Assembly: GCA_964016885.1 (NCBI GenBank)
Contig: OZ024766.1
Span: forward strand, 15,314,001 to 15,378,000
From: Eledone cirrhosa
Lineage: Eukaryota
DNA: 64,000 nt
Reading direction: 5' to 3'
Part shown: in pieces, positions 41,286 to 53,389 of the stretch
Layout: every line of letters starts with the position of its first letter
Numbering within the stretch: the first letter of the stretch is position 1
Made by a program: the position numbers and the translations under genes
Notes under the pieces: model-generated
Told to the model about the DNA's origin: nothing
What the model saw: the letters and a program-made list of their open reading frames with translations, nothing else
Database searches by the model: none

Positions 41286-41341
41286 ACAAAAATAACAGTA
41301 AACATCAATAACAACAACAGCAACCATCATCAACAACAATA

Positions 41342-42159
41342 GTGGTGGTGGTGGTGGTGGTAATGGAGGTGGTGGTGGTAGTGGTGGTGCTGTTAGTGGA
41401 GGTGGTGGTGGTAGTGGTGGTGGTGGTCGATGTGGTGGTGGCGGTGGTGGCAGTGGTGGTGGTAGTGGTAGTGGTGGTGGTGGTAGTGGTGGTGGTGGTG
41501 GTGGTGGTAGTGGTGGTGGTGGTGGTGGTGGTGGTAGTGGTGGTGGTGGTAGTGGTAGTGGTGGTAGTGGTGGTGGTGGTGGTAGTGATGGTGGTGGTAG
41601 TAGTAATGGCAGTGGTGGTAGTGGAGGTGATGGTGATGGTGGTGGTGGTAGTGGTGGTGGTGGTCGATGTGGTGGTGGTGGCGGTAGTGATGGTGGTGGT
41701 AGTGGTTGTAGTAATGGCAGTGGTGGTAGTGGAGGTGGTGGTGATGGTGGTGGTGGTGGTGGTGGTGGTAGTGGTGGTGGTAGTGGTGGTGCTAATGGCA
41801 GTGGTGGTAGTGGAGGTGATGGTGATGGTGGTGGTGGTAGTGGTGGTGGTGGTCGATGTGGTGGTGGCGGTAGTGATGGTGGTTGTAGTGGTTGTAGTAA
41901 TGGCAGTGGTGGTAGTGGAGGTGGTGGTGATGGTGGTGGTGGTGGTGGTCGTAGTGGTGGTGGTAGTGGTGGTAGTGGTGGTGGTAGTGGTGGTGGTGGT
42001 GGAGGTGGTGGTAGTGGAGGTGGTGGTGGTGGTGGTGGTGGTGGTGGTAGTGGTGGTGGTGGTGGTAGTGGTGGTGGTAGTGGTGGTAGTGGTGGTGGTA
42101 GTGGTGGTGGTGGTGGTGGTGGTGGTGGTAGTGGTGGTAGTAGTGGTGGTAGTGGTGGT

Positions 42160-42190
<31 letters not shown>

Positions 42191-42825
42191 GTGGTGGTGG
42201 TAGTGGTGGTGGTGGTAGTAGAGGTGGTGGTGGTGGAGGTGGTGCTACTGGAGGTGGTGGTGGTGGTAGTGGTAGTGGTGGTAGTGATGGTGGTAGTGGT
42301 GGTGGTGGTGGTGGTGGTGGTAGTGGTAGTGGAGGTGGTGGTGGAGGTGGTGGTGGTGGTGGTGGTGGTAGTGGTGGTGGTGGTAATGGTGGAGGTGGTG
42401 GTGGCGGTAGTGGTGGTGGTGGTGGTAGTGGTGGTGGTAGTGGTGGAGGTGGTGGTGGTGATGGAGGTGGTGGTGGTGTTAGTGGTGGTAGTGGTGGTGG
42501 TGGTGGTAGTGGTGGTGGTGGTAGTGGTGGTAGTGGTGGTGGTGGTAGTGGTGGTGGTGGTAGTGGTAGTGGTGGTGGTGGTAGTGGTGGTAGTGGTGGT
42601 GGTGATGGTGGTGGTAGTGATGGTTGTGATGGTGGTGGTAGTAATGGCAGTGGTGGTAGTGGTGGTGGTAATGGCAGTGGTGGTAGTGGAGGTGATGGTG
42701 ATGGTGGTGGTGGTAGTGGTGGTGGTGGTCGATGTGGTGGTGGTGGTGGTGGCGGTAGTGATGGTGGTGGTAGTGGTTGTAGTAATGGCAGTGGTGGTAG
42801 TGGAGGTGGTGGTGATGGTGGTGGT

Positions 42826-42856
<31 letters not shown>

Positions 42857-43485
42857 GTGGTGGTGGTAGTGGTGGTGGTGGTAGTAGAGGTGGTGGTGGT
42901 GGAGGTGGTGCTACTGGAGGTGGTGGTGGTGGTGGTGGTAGTGGTGGTAGTGGTGGTGGTGGTGGTGGTGGTGGTAGTGGTAGTGGAGGTGGTGGTGGAG
43001 GTGGTGGTGGTGGTGGTGGTGGTAGTGGTGGTGGTGGTGGTAATGGTGGAGGTGGTGGTGGCGGTAGTGGTGGTGGTGGTGGTAGTGGTGGTAGTGGTGG
43101 TGGTAGTGGTGGAGGTGGTGGTGGTGATGGAGGTGGTGGTGGTGTTAGTGGTGGTAGTGGTGGTGGTGGTAGTGGTGGTAGTGGTGGTGGTGGTAGTGGT
43201 GGTAGTGGTGGTGGTGGTGGTGGTAGTGGTGGTGGTGGTGGTGGTAGTGGTAGTGGTGGTGGTGGTAGTGGTGGTAGTGGTGGTGGTGATGGTGGTGGTA
43301 GTGATGGTTGTGATGGTGGTGGTAGTAATGGCAGTGGTGGTAGTGGTGGAAGTGGTGGTGGTAGTGGTGGTAGTGGTGGTGGTGGTGCTGGTAGTGGTGG
43401 TGGTGGTGGTAGTGGAGGTGGGAGTGGTAGTGGTGGTGGTGGTAGTAGATGTGGTGGTGGTGGAGGTGGTGGTAGTGGAGGTGGT

Positions 43486-43516
<31 letters not shown>

Positions 43517-45175
43517 GTGGTGGTGGTGGTGGTGGTGGTAGTGGTGGTGGTGGTGATGGAGGTGGTGGTGGTAGTGGTGGTGGTGGTAGTGGTGGTAGTG
43601 GTGGTGGTGGTGGTGGTGGTAGTGGTGGTGGTGGTGGTGGTGGTGGTGGTGGTGGTAGTGGTAGTGGTGGTGGTAGTGGTGGTGGTGGTGATGGTGGTGG
43701 TAGTGATGGTGGTGGTAGTGGTTGTAGTAATGGCAGTGGTGGTAGTGGTGGTGGTAATGGCAGTGGTGGTAGTGGAGGTGATGGTGATGGTGGTGGTGGT
43801 AGTGGTGGTGGTGGTCGATGTGGTGGTGGTGGTGGTGGCGGTAGTGATGGTGGTGGTAGTGGTTGTAGTAATGGCAGTGGTGGTAGTGGAGGTGGTGGTG
43901 ATGGTGGTGGTGGTGGTGGTGGTAGTGGTGGTAGTGGTGGTGGAGGTGCTGGTAGTGGAGGTGGTGGTGGTGGTGGTGGTGGTGGTGGTAGTGGTGGTGG
44001 TGGTAGTGGTGGTGGTGGTGGTAGTGGTGGTGGTAGTGGTGGTAGTGGTGGTGGTAGTGGTGGTGGTGGTGGTGGTAGTGGTGGTGGTGGTGGTAGTGGT
44101 GGTAGTGGTGGAAGTGGTGGTGGTAGTGGTGGTGGTGGTGGTGCTGGTAGTGGTGGTGGTGGTGGTAGTGGAGGTGGGGGTGGTAGTGGTGGTGGTGGTA
44201 GTAGACGTGGTGGTGGTGGAGGTGGTGGTAGTGGAGGTGGTGATGGTGGTGGTGGTGGTAGTGGTAGTGGAGGTGGTGGTGGTGGTGGAGGTGGTGGTAG
44301 TGGTGGTAGTGGTAGTGGTGGTGGTAGTGGTGGAGGTGGTGGTAGTGGTGGTGGTGATGGTGGTGGTAGTGGTGGTGGTAGTGGTGGTGGTAGTGGTGGT
44401 GGTAGTGGTGGTGGTGGTGGTAGTGGTGGTAGTGGTGGTAGTGGTGGTGGTGGTGGTGGTAGTGGTGGTGGTGGTAGTGGTGGTGGTGGTAGTGGTGGTG
44501 ATGGTGGTGGTAGTGATGGTGGTGGTAGTGGTTGTAGTAATGTCAGTGGTGGTAGTGGTGGTGGTAATGGCAGTGGTGGTAGTGGAGGTGATGGTGATGG
44601 TGGTGGTGGTAGTGGCAGTGGTGGTGGTGGTAGTGGTGGTGGTGGTAGTGGTGGTGGTAGTGGTGGTGGTAGTGTTGGTGGTGGTAGTGGTGGTGGTGGT
44701 GGTAGTGGCAGTGGTGGTAGTAGCGGTGGTAATGGCAGTGGTGGTGGTGGTGATGATGGTGATGATGGTGGTGGTGGTGGTAGTGGTGGTGGTAGTAGTG
44801 GTGTGGGGGTGGTAATGGCAGTGGTGGTAGTGGTGGTGGTGTTAGTGGCAGTGGTGGCTGGTGGTGGTGGTGGTGGTGGTGGTGGTACAGGTTGTGGTGG
44901 TGGTGGTGCTACAGGTTATGGTGGTGGTGGTGGTGGTGGTGATGGTGGTGGTTGGTAATGGTGGTGGTGGTGGTGGTGATGGTGGTGGTTGGTGGTGGTA
45001 GTGGTTGGTAGTGGTGGTGGTAGTACAGGGTATGGTGGTGGTGGTGGTGGTGGTGGTTGGTGGTGGTTGTGGGTGAGGTGGTGGTGGTTGCAGTGGGAGT
45101 TGTGGTGGTTGATAGTGATGTTGGGTAGTGGTTGCGGTTGTGGTTGTGGTAGTGGTGGTAGTAGTGATGATGATG
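41342..45175. repeat. 3.8-kb (GTG/GTA)n trinucleotide satellite
   Basis: Directly visible; source of the poly-Val ORF. Confidence 0.97.
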
Positions 45176-45221
45176 ATAATAACAATGATGATATTTATGA
45201 TGATGATAGTACACCACTTAC

Positions 45222-45359
45222 CTGTCTGACAGTTGCCACCTTCATATCCAGGAGCACATCCTCCATTAGAGCAGCTACCAGTCTGTGGCTTACATTTACT
45301 CTTGTCAGCACAATGACACATGTTTCGACAGTTTGGTCCAAATTTTCCTCTCTTACATC
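45222..45359 (-). CDS. Multi-EGF gene exon (intact)
   Basis: GTAG|138 bp|GTAAGT; CKRGKFGPNCRNMCHCADKSKCKPQTGSCSNGGCAPGYEGGNCQT. Confidence 0.9.
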
Positions 45360-45529
45360 CTACAAATCAATCAATAACAAATATATATTTTGGTGTGTAT
45401 TTGTGTGGCCTTGTGGTAAGGGTGTTGGACTTACAATCATAATGTTGTGAGTTCTATTCCTCAACTAGGTTGTGTGTTGTGTTCTTGAGCAAAAGTATTT
45501 CCATTCATGTTGCTCCAGTATAATAATAA

Positions 45530-45713
45530 TTGTTTCTACTTTTGACACAAGGCCAGCAATTACCCAGTACATTACTGGTACTTTATTTTATCGACCCCGT
45601 AAGGATGAAAGGCAAAGTTAACCTTGGTGGGATTTGAACTCGGATCATAAAGGGACGTAACTCTATGCTTCAAAGCATGGCGTCCGACTCTCTACCAATA
45701 CTGACAATCCACC
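45530..45713 (-). mobile_element. SINE family 1 with TSD, next to a SINE2 head
   Basis: GCTCCAGTATAATAATAAT duplicated at about 45512 and 45714. Confidence 0.85.
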
Positions 45714-46727
45714 GCTCCAGTATAATAATAATAATAGTGAAATTATTGTGTACAGTGCTCAGGTGCACTATAACTCATCAAAGGTGCATGTAAAGCACAT
45801 AGAATAATGAACAAATGTCAGGAAAATGAACAGTGTATGAGTCATGATAAACATATGTACGTGTGTATGGAGGAGGGATATCAGGTGTAGTGTTGGCGAA
45901 TTTCAGGAAGCTTGGAGATCAGTGCCAGTAATAGCTGGTGATTTAACCTTGGGATGGACTGGTGCCCTGTCCAGGGGAAGTTTTGTATTTTAAGTCATTT
46001 CATGCCATAGATAGCACTGGCCTGATGACCCTCAGCACTCGAGACACACTTTAGACATTTTTTGTTTTTGTATATTCAACAGCCCAGTCCTTCTAACTGT
46101 CGGTAGGTATCACACTGAGCAGAGTCCACTGTATTCCCCACACCTGGACAGGATGCTAGTCCATTGCATGGTATTTCACTGCTATATTATTCTATCTACT
46201 CCAAAAGTATGACAGAAAAGTTGATTTTGGTGGGATTTGAATACCGTTTTAAAAAAGGACTCAAAATCACAACCCATTAAAACCTTTAGAATTTAAACCG
46301 GTTATATCCGGCCAGAATTCTCTCACTTCTTTCTGTTCAAACCAGCCATAACTGGCTGCTCATACTTATGTTAAGGTATTGTTCTCAAAAAAGATAATAT
46401 CAAAATCTCATAGATTTGATATTATTTGAGATATTTATATGAGATAAAGCATTTACTGTGAAAATATAATAGTGTATATGAAGTAGTGTAAATGCTAAAG
46501 GGTTAATCTGTAACTCTACTGCCCCTGCTACTCACATCTTCCTCATGATCAACATTTAACATTCACTTCCCCTGTAACCAAGAGTGGGATGTGTCAACAG
46601 AGACCGACTCAGAACTTAATCGGAGCTACTGACCTCTCAGATGTTACTGGATACATTTCATCATGACTGAAGAGGACATTCATCCATTTGTCTGGTAGAT
46701 TCTCTAAAGAAATAGAACTACAAAAGA

Positions 46728-47045
46728 GCACACACGTGTCTGACAGGTGCTACCTTATAACCAGGACCACACCATCTACTGTAACACACGTGTCTGACAG
46801 GTGCTACCTTATAACCAGGACCACACCATCTACTGTAACACACGTGTCTGACAGGTGCTACCTTATAACCAGGACCACACCATCTACTGTAACACACCTG
46901 TCTGACAGCTGCTACCTTATAACCAGGACCACACCATCTACTGTAACACACCTGTCTGACAGCTGCTACCTTATAACCAGGACCACACCATCTACTGTAA
47001 CACACCTGTCTGACAGGTGCTACCTTATAACCAGGACCACACCAT
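46728..47045. repeat. 54-bp minisatellite (about 6 copies) derived from the 3' half of the EGF exon
   Basis: Period checked at 46736 and 46790; the minus-strand unit aligns with exon codons for QTGVCSSGGCAAGYEGSNC. Confidence 0.85.
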
Positions 47046-47264
47046 ATAACACTATACAAGATAATGCCTTCTGATTTAGGCACAAGGCCAGCAATTTTAG
47101 GGGAGGAGAAAATCAATTAAATCGACCCTAGTGTGTGACTGGTACTTCATTTTATCAACCCTGTTGGGATGAAAGGGATAGCTACCACAATTCTATCATC
47201 TATATTATAGCGTTGTCATCTATACTATATCCATATCATCTGTACTATATTTGTATCATCTTAA

Positions 47265-47795
47265 TTTCCATGTTTCTAACACCCATGGATATGCCTACAA
47301 AGTCAGAAAACAGCACAGCTCCCATGACTTTCGGAAACATTTTTTCAAGCTCAGAGTTGCTGAAGCATGGAACAAACTACCTGCATCAGTTGTTAGCTGT
47401 CGAGACACATCCTTTAAAACCTCCATGGAACAAACTACCTGCATCAGTTGTTAGCTGTCGAGACACTGCATCCTTTAAAACCTCCATGGAACAAACTAAT
47501 TGCATCAGTTGTTAGCTGTCGAAACACTACATCCTTTAAAACCTCCATGGAACAAACTACCTGCATCAGTTGTTAGCTGTCGAGACACTGCATCCTTTAA
47601 AACCTCTATGCTTCCTGAGATTCGTCAACACTGCACCTGATGTCCCCCCTTCCATACACACGCACACATGTATTTCATGACTCATACACTGTTCCTTTTC
47701 CTGACATTTAAACATTATTCTATGTACTATACATGCACCTTTGATGAGTTGTAGTGCACCTGAGCACTGTACACAATAATTTCATTATTATATTA
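47265..47795 (+). mobile_element. CR1-type LINE 3' end with a segment of about 60 bp repeated four times
   Basis: THGYAYKV...FRKHFFKLRVAEAWNKLPASVV; (ATT)n tail. Confidence 0.8.
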
Positions 47796-47969
47796 TTTTA
47801 TACTCCAGTGGTATGACCTAAACTATATATAATCCATACTATATCTATACAATCTATATGATTTCCGTAACATCGATATTATGTCTATATACTTGCCGAT
47901 TCTCTACACTCCATACCAATGTTATACTATATATTCATGAGGCCATGATATCCCCTTTATATTGTAAGC

Positions 47970-48300
47970 ACATAGCTTAGTAGTTAGAGCATTGGCCTTG
48001 CAATCGAAAGGTTGTGAGTTCAATTCTCAGACCGGGTGATGTGTTGTTTCCTTGAGCAAGACACTTTATTTCACATTGCTCCAGTTTACTCAGCTGTAGA
48101 AATGAGATGATAGGGACTGGGGTCCATATCATTCCACTGCAAAGTGGTCCTGGAGGTGCCACGGCAAAAAAACACCCAATATTCACTGTAAATGAGGTTG
48201 GTGTTAGGAAGGGCATCCAGCTGTAGAAATCAAGCCAGAATCAGTTTCCGTCCCACCCTTGTAAGCAGGGAAAAGCAGACGTAAAATGACGATGATGATT
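47970..48300 (+). mobile_element. SINE family 2: tRNA head + central domain + RTE-derived tail
   Basis: A/B boxes (TAGTAGTTAGAGC, GAGTTCAATTC), CCTTGAGCAAGACACTTT core, 3' part matching the RTE-A 3' UTR, (GAT)n tail. Confidence 0.85.
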
Positions 48301-48476
48301 GTAGCTCCAAAACAGTTTAAATCTACCTGTCTCACAGGTGTTACCTTCATAACCAGCACTACACCCTCCACTAAAACACACACCTGTCTCTGTGTTACAC
48401 CTAGCTGTGTGTTAAACCTACTGTCATCTTGACTCAATATATCATGTTAGAAACAAAGCTATACTACACCACTTAC

Positions 48477-48614
48477 CTGTCTGACAGTTGCTACCTTCAT
48501 AACCAGCAGTACATCCTCCACTAGAACACACACCTGTCTGTTTGTTACACCTGTTATTATCAGCACAGTGGCATGTGTGTTTACAGTTAGCTCCAAATTT
48601 ACCAATGTCACAGG
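48477..48614 (-). CDS. Multi-EGF gene exon (intact)
   Basis: ACAG|138 bp|GTAAGT; CDIGKFGANCKHTCHCADNNRCNKQTGVCSSGGCTAGYEGSNCQT. Confidence 0.88.
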
Positions 48615-48889
48615 CTGTAATATAAAATGTAATGTAAACAGTTTGAACAATTTCAAGATATAATATTTAGAATTATTAACCTTTTTGATATCAAAATACC
48701 TGACACCGATTAACTGTTTTACTCTATATATTTATCTAAAAACCTCCCACTATTGTATTATGTGAGAACTTTTGTTAGGTTATGTTCCATCCAAAATATT
48801 AGTGATCAAAATCTCAGTTATATAACTATAGCCCTTCAAATTCTTCATTATATAAACATTTTTTTAAAATCGTATGCAATATATTTCTT

Positions 48890-49257
48890 TAGTAATATGG
48901 TAATGAAATGGTTAATGATATAGACAGTGTCTTTAAGTAGAAATATGTAATGAAAGGGTTAATGACATAGACAGTGTCTTTAAGTAGAAATATGTAACGA
49001 AAGGGTTAATGATATTGACAGTGTCTTTAAGTAGATATATGGTAATGAAAGGATTAATGACATAGACAGTGTCTTTAAGTAGAAATATGGTAATGAAAGG
49101 GTTAATGATATAGACAGTGTCTTTAAGTAGAAATATGTAACGAAAGGATTAATGACATAGACAGTGTCTTTAAGTAGAAATATGGTAATGAAAGGATTAA
49201 TGACATAGACAGTGTCTTTAAGTAGAAACTTGGTAATGAAAGGTTTAATGACATAGA
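48890..49257. repeat. 48-bp satellite, first array (another at 49615-49806)
   Basis: Unit TAGAAATATGGTAATGAAAGGGTTAATGACATAGACAGTGTCTTT(CAT/AAG). Confidence 0.93.
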
Positions 49258-49819
49258 GTCTATGTCATTAAACCTTAATCCAAATATTCAATTACTTTCA
49301 AGCAAGAAACAAATGCAAATATCCGACTAACTTGAATTTTCCATCAGATTTTAAAATTATTTTACGTATTTTTGCTATATTAGTTTTTTTAACTTAATAT
49401 TATTATTTTTCTATTGTATTTCTTTATAATTATGTGAATACAAAAATATTTTATGTTGTAACTTTTTATGTTAAATAATAAATGACTATAAAACTATACA
49501 AAAACTATAATAATTTCACAAAAGTCGCATTCATAGGTATATCAACTTATGCGGCCTCCTTTATTACTGCCTAATTTAAATGTGGCCTCTAATGGTAAAA
49601 AGGTTCCTCTCCTCTGACATAGACAGTGTCTTTCATTAGAAATATGGTAACGAAAGGGTTAATGACATAGACAGTGTCTTTAAGTAGAAATATGGTAATG
49701 AAAGGGTTAATGACATAGACAGTGTCTTTCATTAGAAATATGGTAATGAAGGGGTTAATGACATAGACAGTGTCTTTCATTAGAAATATGGTAATGAAAG
49801 GGTTAATTACTACATATAC

Positions 49820-49957
49820 CTGTCTGACAGTTGCTACCTTCATAACCAGCAGCACATCCTCCACTAGAACACACACCTGTCTGTTTGTTACATTTACTGT
49901 TGTCAGCACAGTGACATGTGATGCCACAGTTGGCTCCAAATTTACCTGATTTACAGA
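49820..49957 (-). CDS. Multi-EGF gene exon (intact, weaker donor)
   Basis: CCAG|138 bp|GTATAT; CKSGKFGANCGITCHCADNSKCNKQTGVCSSGGCAAGYEGSNCQT. Confidence 0.8.
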
Positions 49958-50065
49958 CTGGAAATAAAATGTGAGAACAATGACAATTATAACAACATTT
50001 ACACTATACAAGATAATAAATATCACAATATTATATCATCTATATTATAGTGTTGTCATCTATAC

Positions 50066-53024
50066 CAGAGGTCGGCATCCTTTTGGGGTGTGCGGGCCAC
50101 ATTTCTATGCAGTATCACACAGGCAGGCCACATTTCTATGCAGTGTCTCACTGGCAGGCCACATTGTTACGAAGTGTCTTGTCAGTTGCTCACATTGCTA
50201 TACAGTGTCTTGTCAGCAGGCCACATAGCTATGGAGTGTCTCACCAGCAGGCAACATTGCTATGGAGTGTCTTGTCAGCAGGCCACATAGCTATGTAGTG
50301 TCTTGTCAGCAGGCCACATTGCTATGGAGTGTCTTGTCAGCAGGCCACATTGCTATGGAGTGTCTTGTCAGCAGGCCACATTGCTATGGAGTGTCTTGTC
50401 AGCAGGCCACATAGCTATGTAGTGTCTTATCAGCAGGCCACATTGCTATGGAGTGTCTCGTCAGCAGGCCACATAGCTATACAGTGTCTTGTCAGCAGGC
50501 CACATAGCTATGTAGTGTCTTGTCAGCAGGCCACATTGCTATGGAGTGTCTTGTCAGCAGGCCACATTGCTATACAGTGTCTTGTCAGCAGGCCACATAG
50601 CTATACAGTGTCTTTTCAGCAGGCCACATAGCTATGTAGTGTCTTATCAGCAGGCCACATTGCTATGGAGTGTCTCGTCAGCAGGCCACATTGCTATACA
50701 GTGTCTTGTCAGCAGGCCACATAGCTATGGAGTGTCTCACCAGCAGGCCACATTGCTATGGAGTGTCTCGTCGGCAGGCCACATTGTTATGTAGTGTCTC
50801 ACCAGCAGGCCACATAGCTATGGAGTGTCTCACCAGCAGGCCACATAGTTATGTAGTGTCTCGTCAGCAGGCCACATTGCTATGTAATGTCTCACCAGCA
50901 GGCCATAGTTCTATGTAGTGTCTCAGCAGCAGGCCACATAGCTATGGAGTGTCTTGTCAGCAGGCCACATTGCTATACAGTGTCTTGTCAGCAGGCCACA
51001 TAGCTATGGAGTGTCTTGTCAGCAGGCCACATTGCTATGTAATGTCTCACCAGCAGGCCACATAGCTATGGAGTGTCTCACCAGCAGGCCACATAGCTAT
51101 GTAGTGTCTCGTCAGCAGGCCACATTGCTATGTAGTGTCTCACCAGCAGGCCACATTGCTATGTAGTGTCTTGTCGGCAGGCCACATAGCTATGGAGTGT
51201 CTCACCAGCAGGCCACATTTCTATGTAGTGTCTCGTCGGCAGGCCACATTGTTATGTAGTGTCTCACCAGCAGGCCACATAGCTATGGAGTGTCTCACCA
51301 GCAGGCCACATAGTTATGTAGTGTCTCGTCAGCAGGCCACATTGCTATGTAATGTCTCACCAGCAGGCCACATTGCTATGGAGTGTCTCGTCAGCAGGCC
51401 ACATAGCTATGGAGTGTCTCACCAGCAGGCCACATAGTTATGTAGTGTCTCGTCAGCAGGCCACATTGCTATGTAATGTCTCACCAGCAGGCCACATTGC
51501 TATGTAGTGTCTCACCAGCAGGCCACATAGCTATGGAGTGTCTCACCAGCAGGCCACATAGCTATGTAGTGTCTCGTCAGCAGGCCACATTGCTATGTAA
51601 TGTCTCACCAGCAGGCCACATTGCTATGGAGTGTCTCGTCAGCAGGCCACATAGCTATGTAGTGTCTCAGCAGCAGGCCACATAGCTATGTAATGTCTCA
51701 CCAGCAGGCCACATTGCTATGTAGTGTCTCACCAGCAGGCCACATTGCTATGTAATGTCTCACCAGCAGGCCACATAGCTATGCAGTGTCTCACCAGCAG
51801 GCCACATAGCTATGGAGTGTCTCACCAGCAGGCCACATAGCTATGTAGTGTCTCGTCAGCAGGCCACATTGCTATGTAATGTCTCACCAGCAGGCCACAT
51901 TGCTATGGAGTGTCTCGTCAGCAGGCCACATAGCTATGTAGTGTCTCAGCAGCAGGCCACATAGCTATGTAATGTCTCACCAGCAGGCCACATTGCTATG
52001 TAGTGTCTCACCAGCAGGCCACATTGCTATGTAATGTCTCACCAGCAGGCCACATAGCTATGCAGTGTCTCACCAGCAGGCCACATAGCTATGGAGTGTC
52101 TCACCAGCAGGCCACATAGCTATGTAGTGTCTCACCAGCAGGCCACATAGCTATGTAGTGTCTTGTCAGCAGGCCACATAGCTATGGAGTGTTTCACCAG
52201 CAGGCCACATAGCTATGTAGTGTCTCACCAGCAGGCCACATAGCTATGCAGTGTCTCACCAGCAGGCCACATTGTTATGTAGTGTCTCACCAGCAGGCCA
52301 CATAGCTATGTAGTGTCTTGTCAGCAGGCCACATAGCTATGCAGTGTCTCGTCAGCAGGCCACATAGCTATGCAGTGTCTCGTCAGCAGGCCATGATATC
52401 AAATAAGTAATGAGAACATATGTAAAAATGAATGCAGTAATATAATAAAATACTCTGACAATTTTAATAAACTCTGACAAGCCATGACACCTGGCAGTGT
52501 ATTTAAACCACGGTTGCCATTTGTTCATTGAACATATTTACTTCTAATAATACTGAACACTTTTAACATAGAAAAATAAATAAACATTGATTATTATCAA
52601 ATACAGTCCCTTACAGATGTTTTACTACCAGACAGTTAACTAAAATGAATAATTTTGAGGATGAAATGAAATAACTATGTCAGACATACTGACTTTTTTA
52701 GGTAAGTCGGGGTCATTTCACATCCCTGCCATACAGATACTATGTATGTACATATATACACGAATACACACACACAGTCCCTTTGACCTCGATGTCTGAC
52801 TATTCTATCTCTCTGAGTTTGATTGTTTCTTACTGTCACATTAAAACATTACGTTCAGTTAAGTGAGTCTTGAGGTTAGACGTGTTCTCTAGTTGGTATT
52901 TTAATCCCAAATAATTCAGAACACTTTTTCAGGGATCGCTTAGTCTAAGATTGAAACCTGTCGGCAGGCCAGATGTGGCCCGCGGGCTAGATGTTCCCAC
53001 GGGCCAGGGATTTAATGACCCCTA
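50066..53024. mobile_element. hAT-type non-autonomous element inflated by an internal 31-bp satellite
   Basis: Perfect 8-bp TSD ATCTATAC at 50058-50065 and 53025-53032; ends CAGAGGTC...GACCCCTA; GCGGGCCAC/GTGGCCCGC subterminal motifs. Confidence 0.82.
50090..52395. repeat. 31-bp satellite (about 74 copies)
   Basis: Unit GCAGGCCACATAGCTATGGAGTGTCTCACCA. Confidence 0.95.
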
Positions 53025-53389
53025 ATCTATACTATAGTGATATCAACTATTTTATATCTATATCATCTGTACTATATCCCTACAACCTATATTATATCTA
53101 TAGCTGTACTATATCTATTCCTCTATATTATATCTATTGAAGGCGCAAGGATTAGTGGTAAGAGCGTCAGGCTTACAATCATAAAGTTGTGAGTTCGATG
53201 CCTGAATCTTGCTGTGTTTTGTGTTCTTGAACAAGTCACTTTATTTCATGTTGCTCAAGATACTCAGCTATAGAAATGAGTTGTGATGTCACACTTTCAA
53301 TAGGAACACACACCTGTCTCTAAGTTACACCTGCTGTTGTTTTGTTTCAATATATTATGCTACAACAAAGTTATGCTACATCACTTACC

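Noticed and set aside
39964-41339. Three long His/Ile/Ser-rich ORFs
   Set aside because: A 16-bp minisatellite that lacks stops on the minus strand; open in all frames.
41342-44815. 1157-aa poly-valine ORF
   Set aside because: Translation of a (GTG)n satellite lying in an intron of the opposite-strand gene.
47975-48050. tRNA gene
   Set aside because: The A/B boxes belong to a SINE head; there is no complete cloverleaf and the sequence runs into SINE body and tail.
50090-52395. CRISPR-like regular 31-bp array
   Set aside because: Units are contiguous with no unique spacers, there are no cas genes, and the context is eukaryotic.
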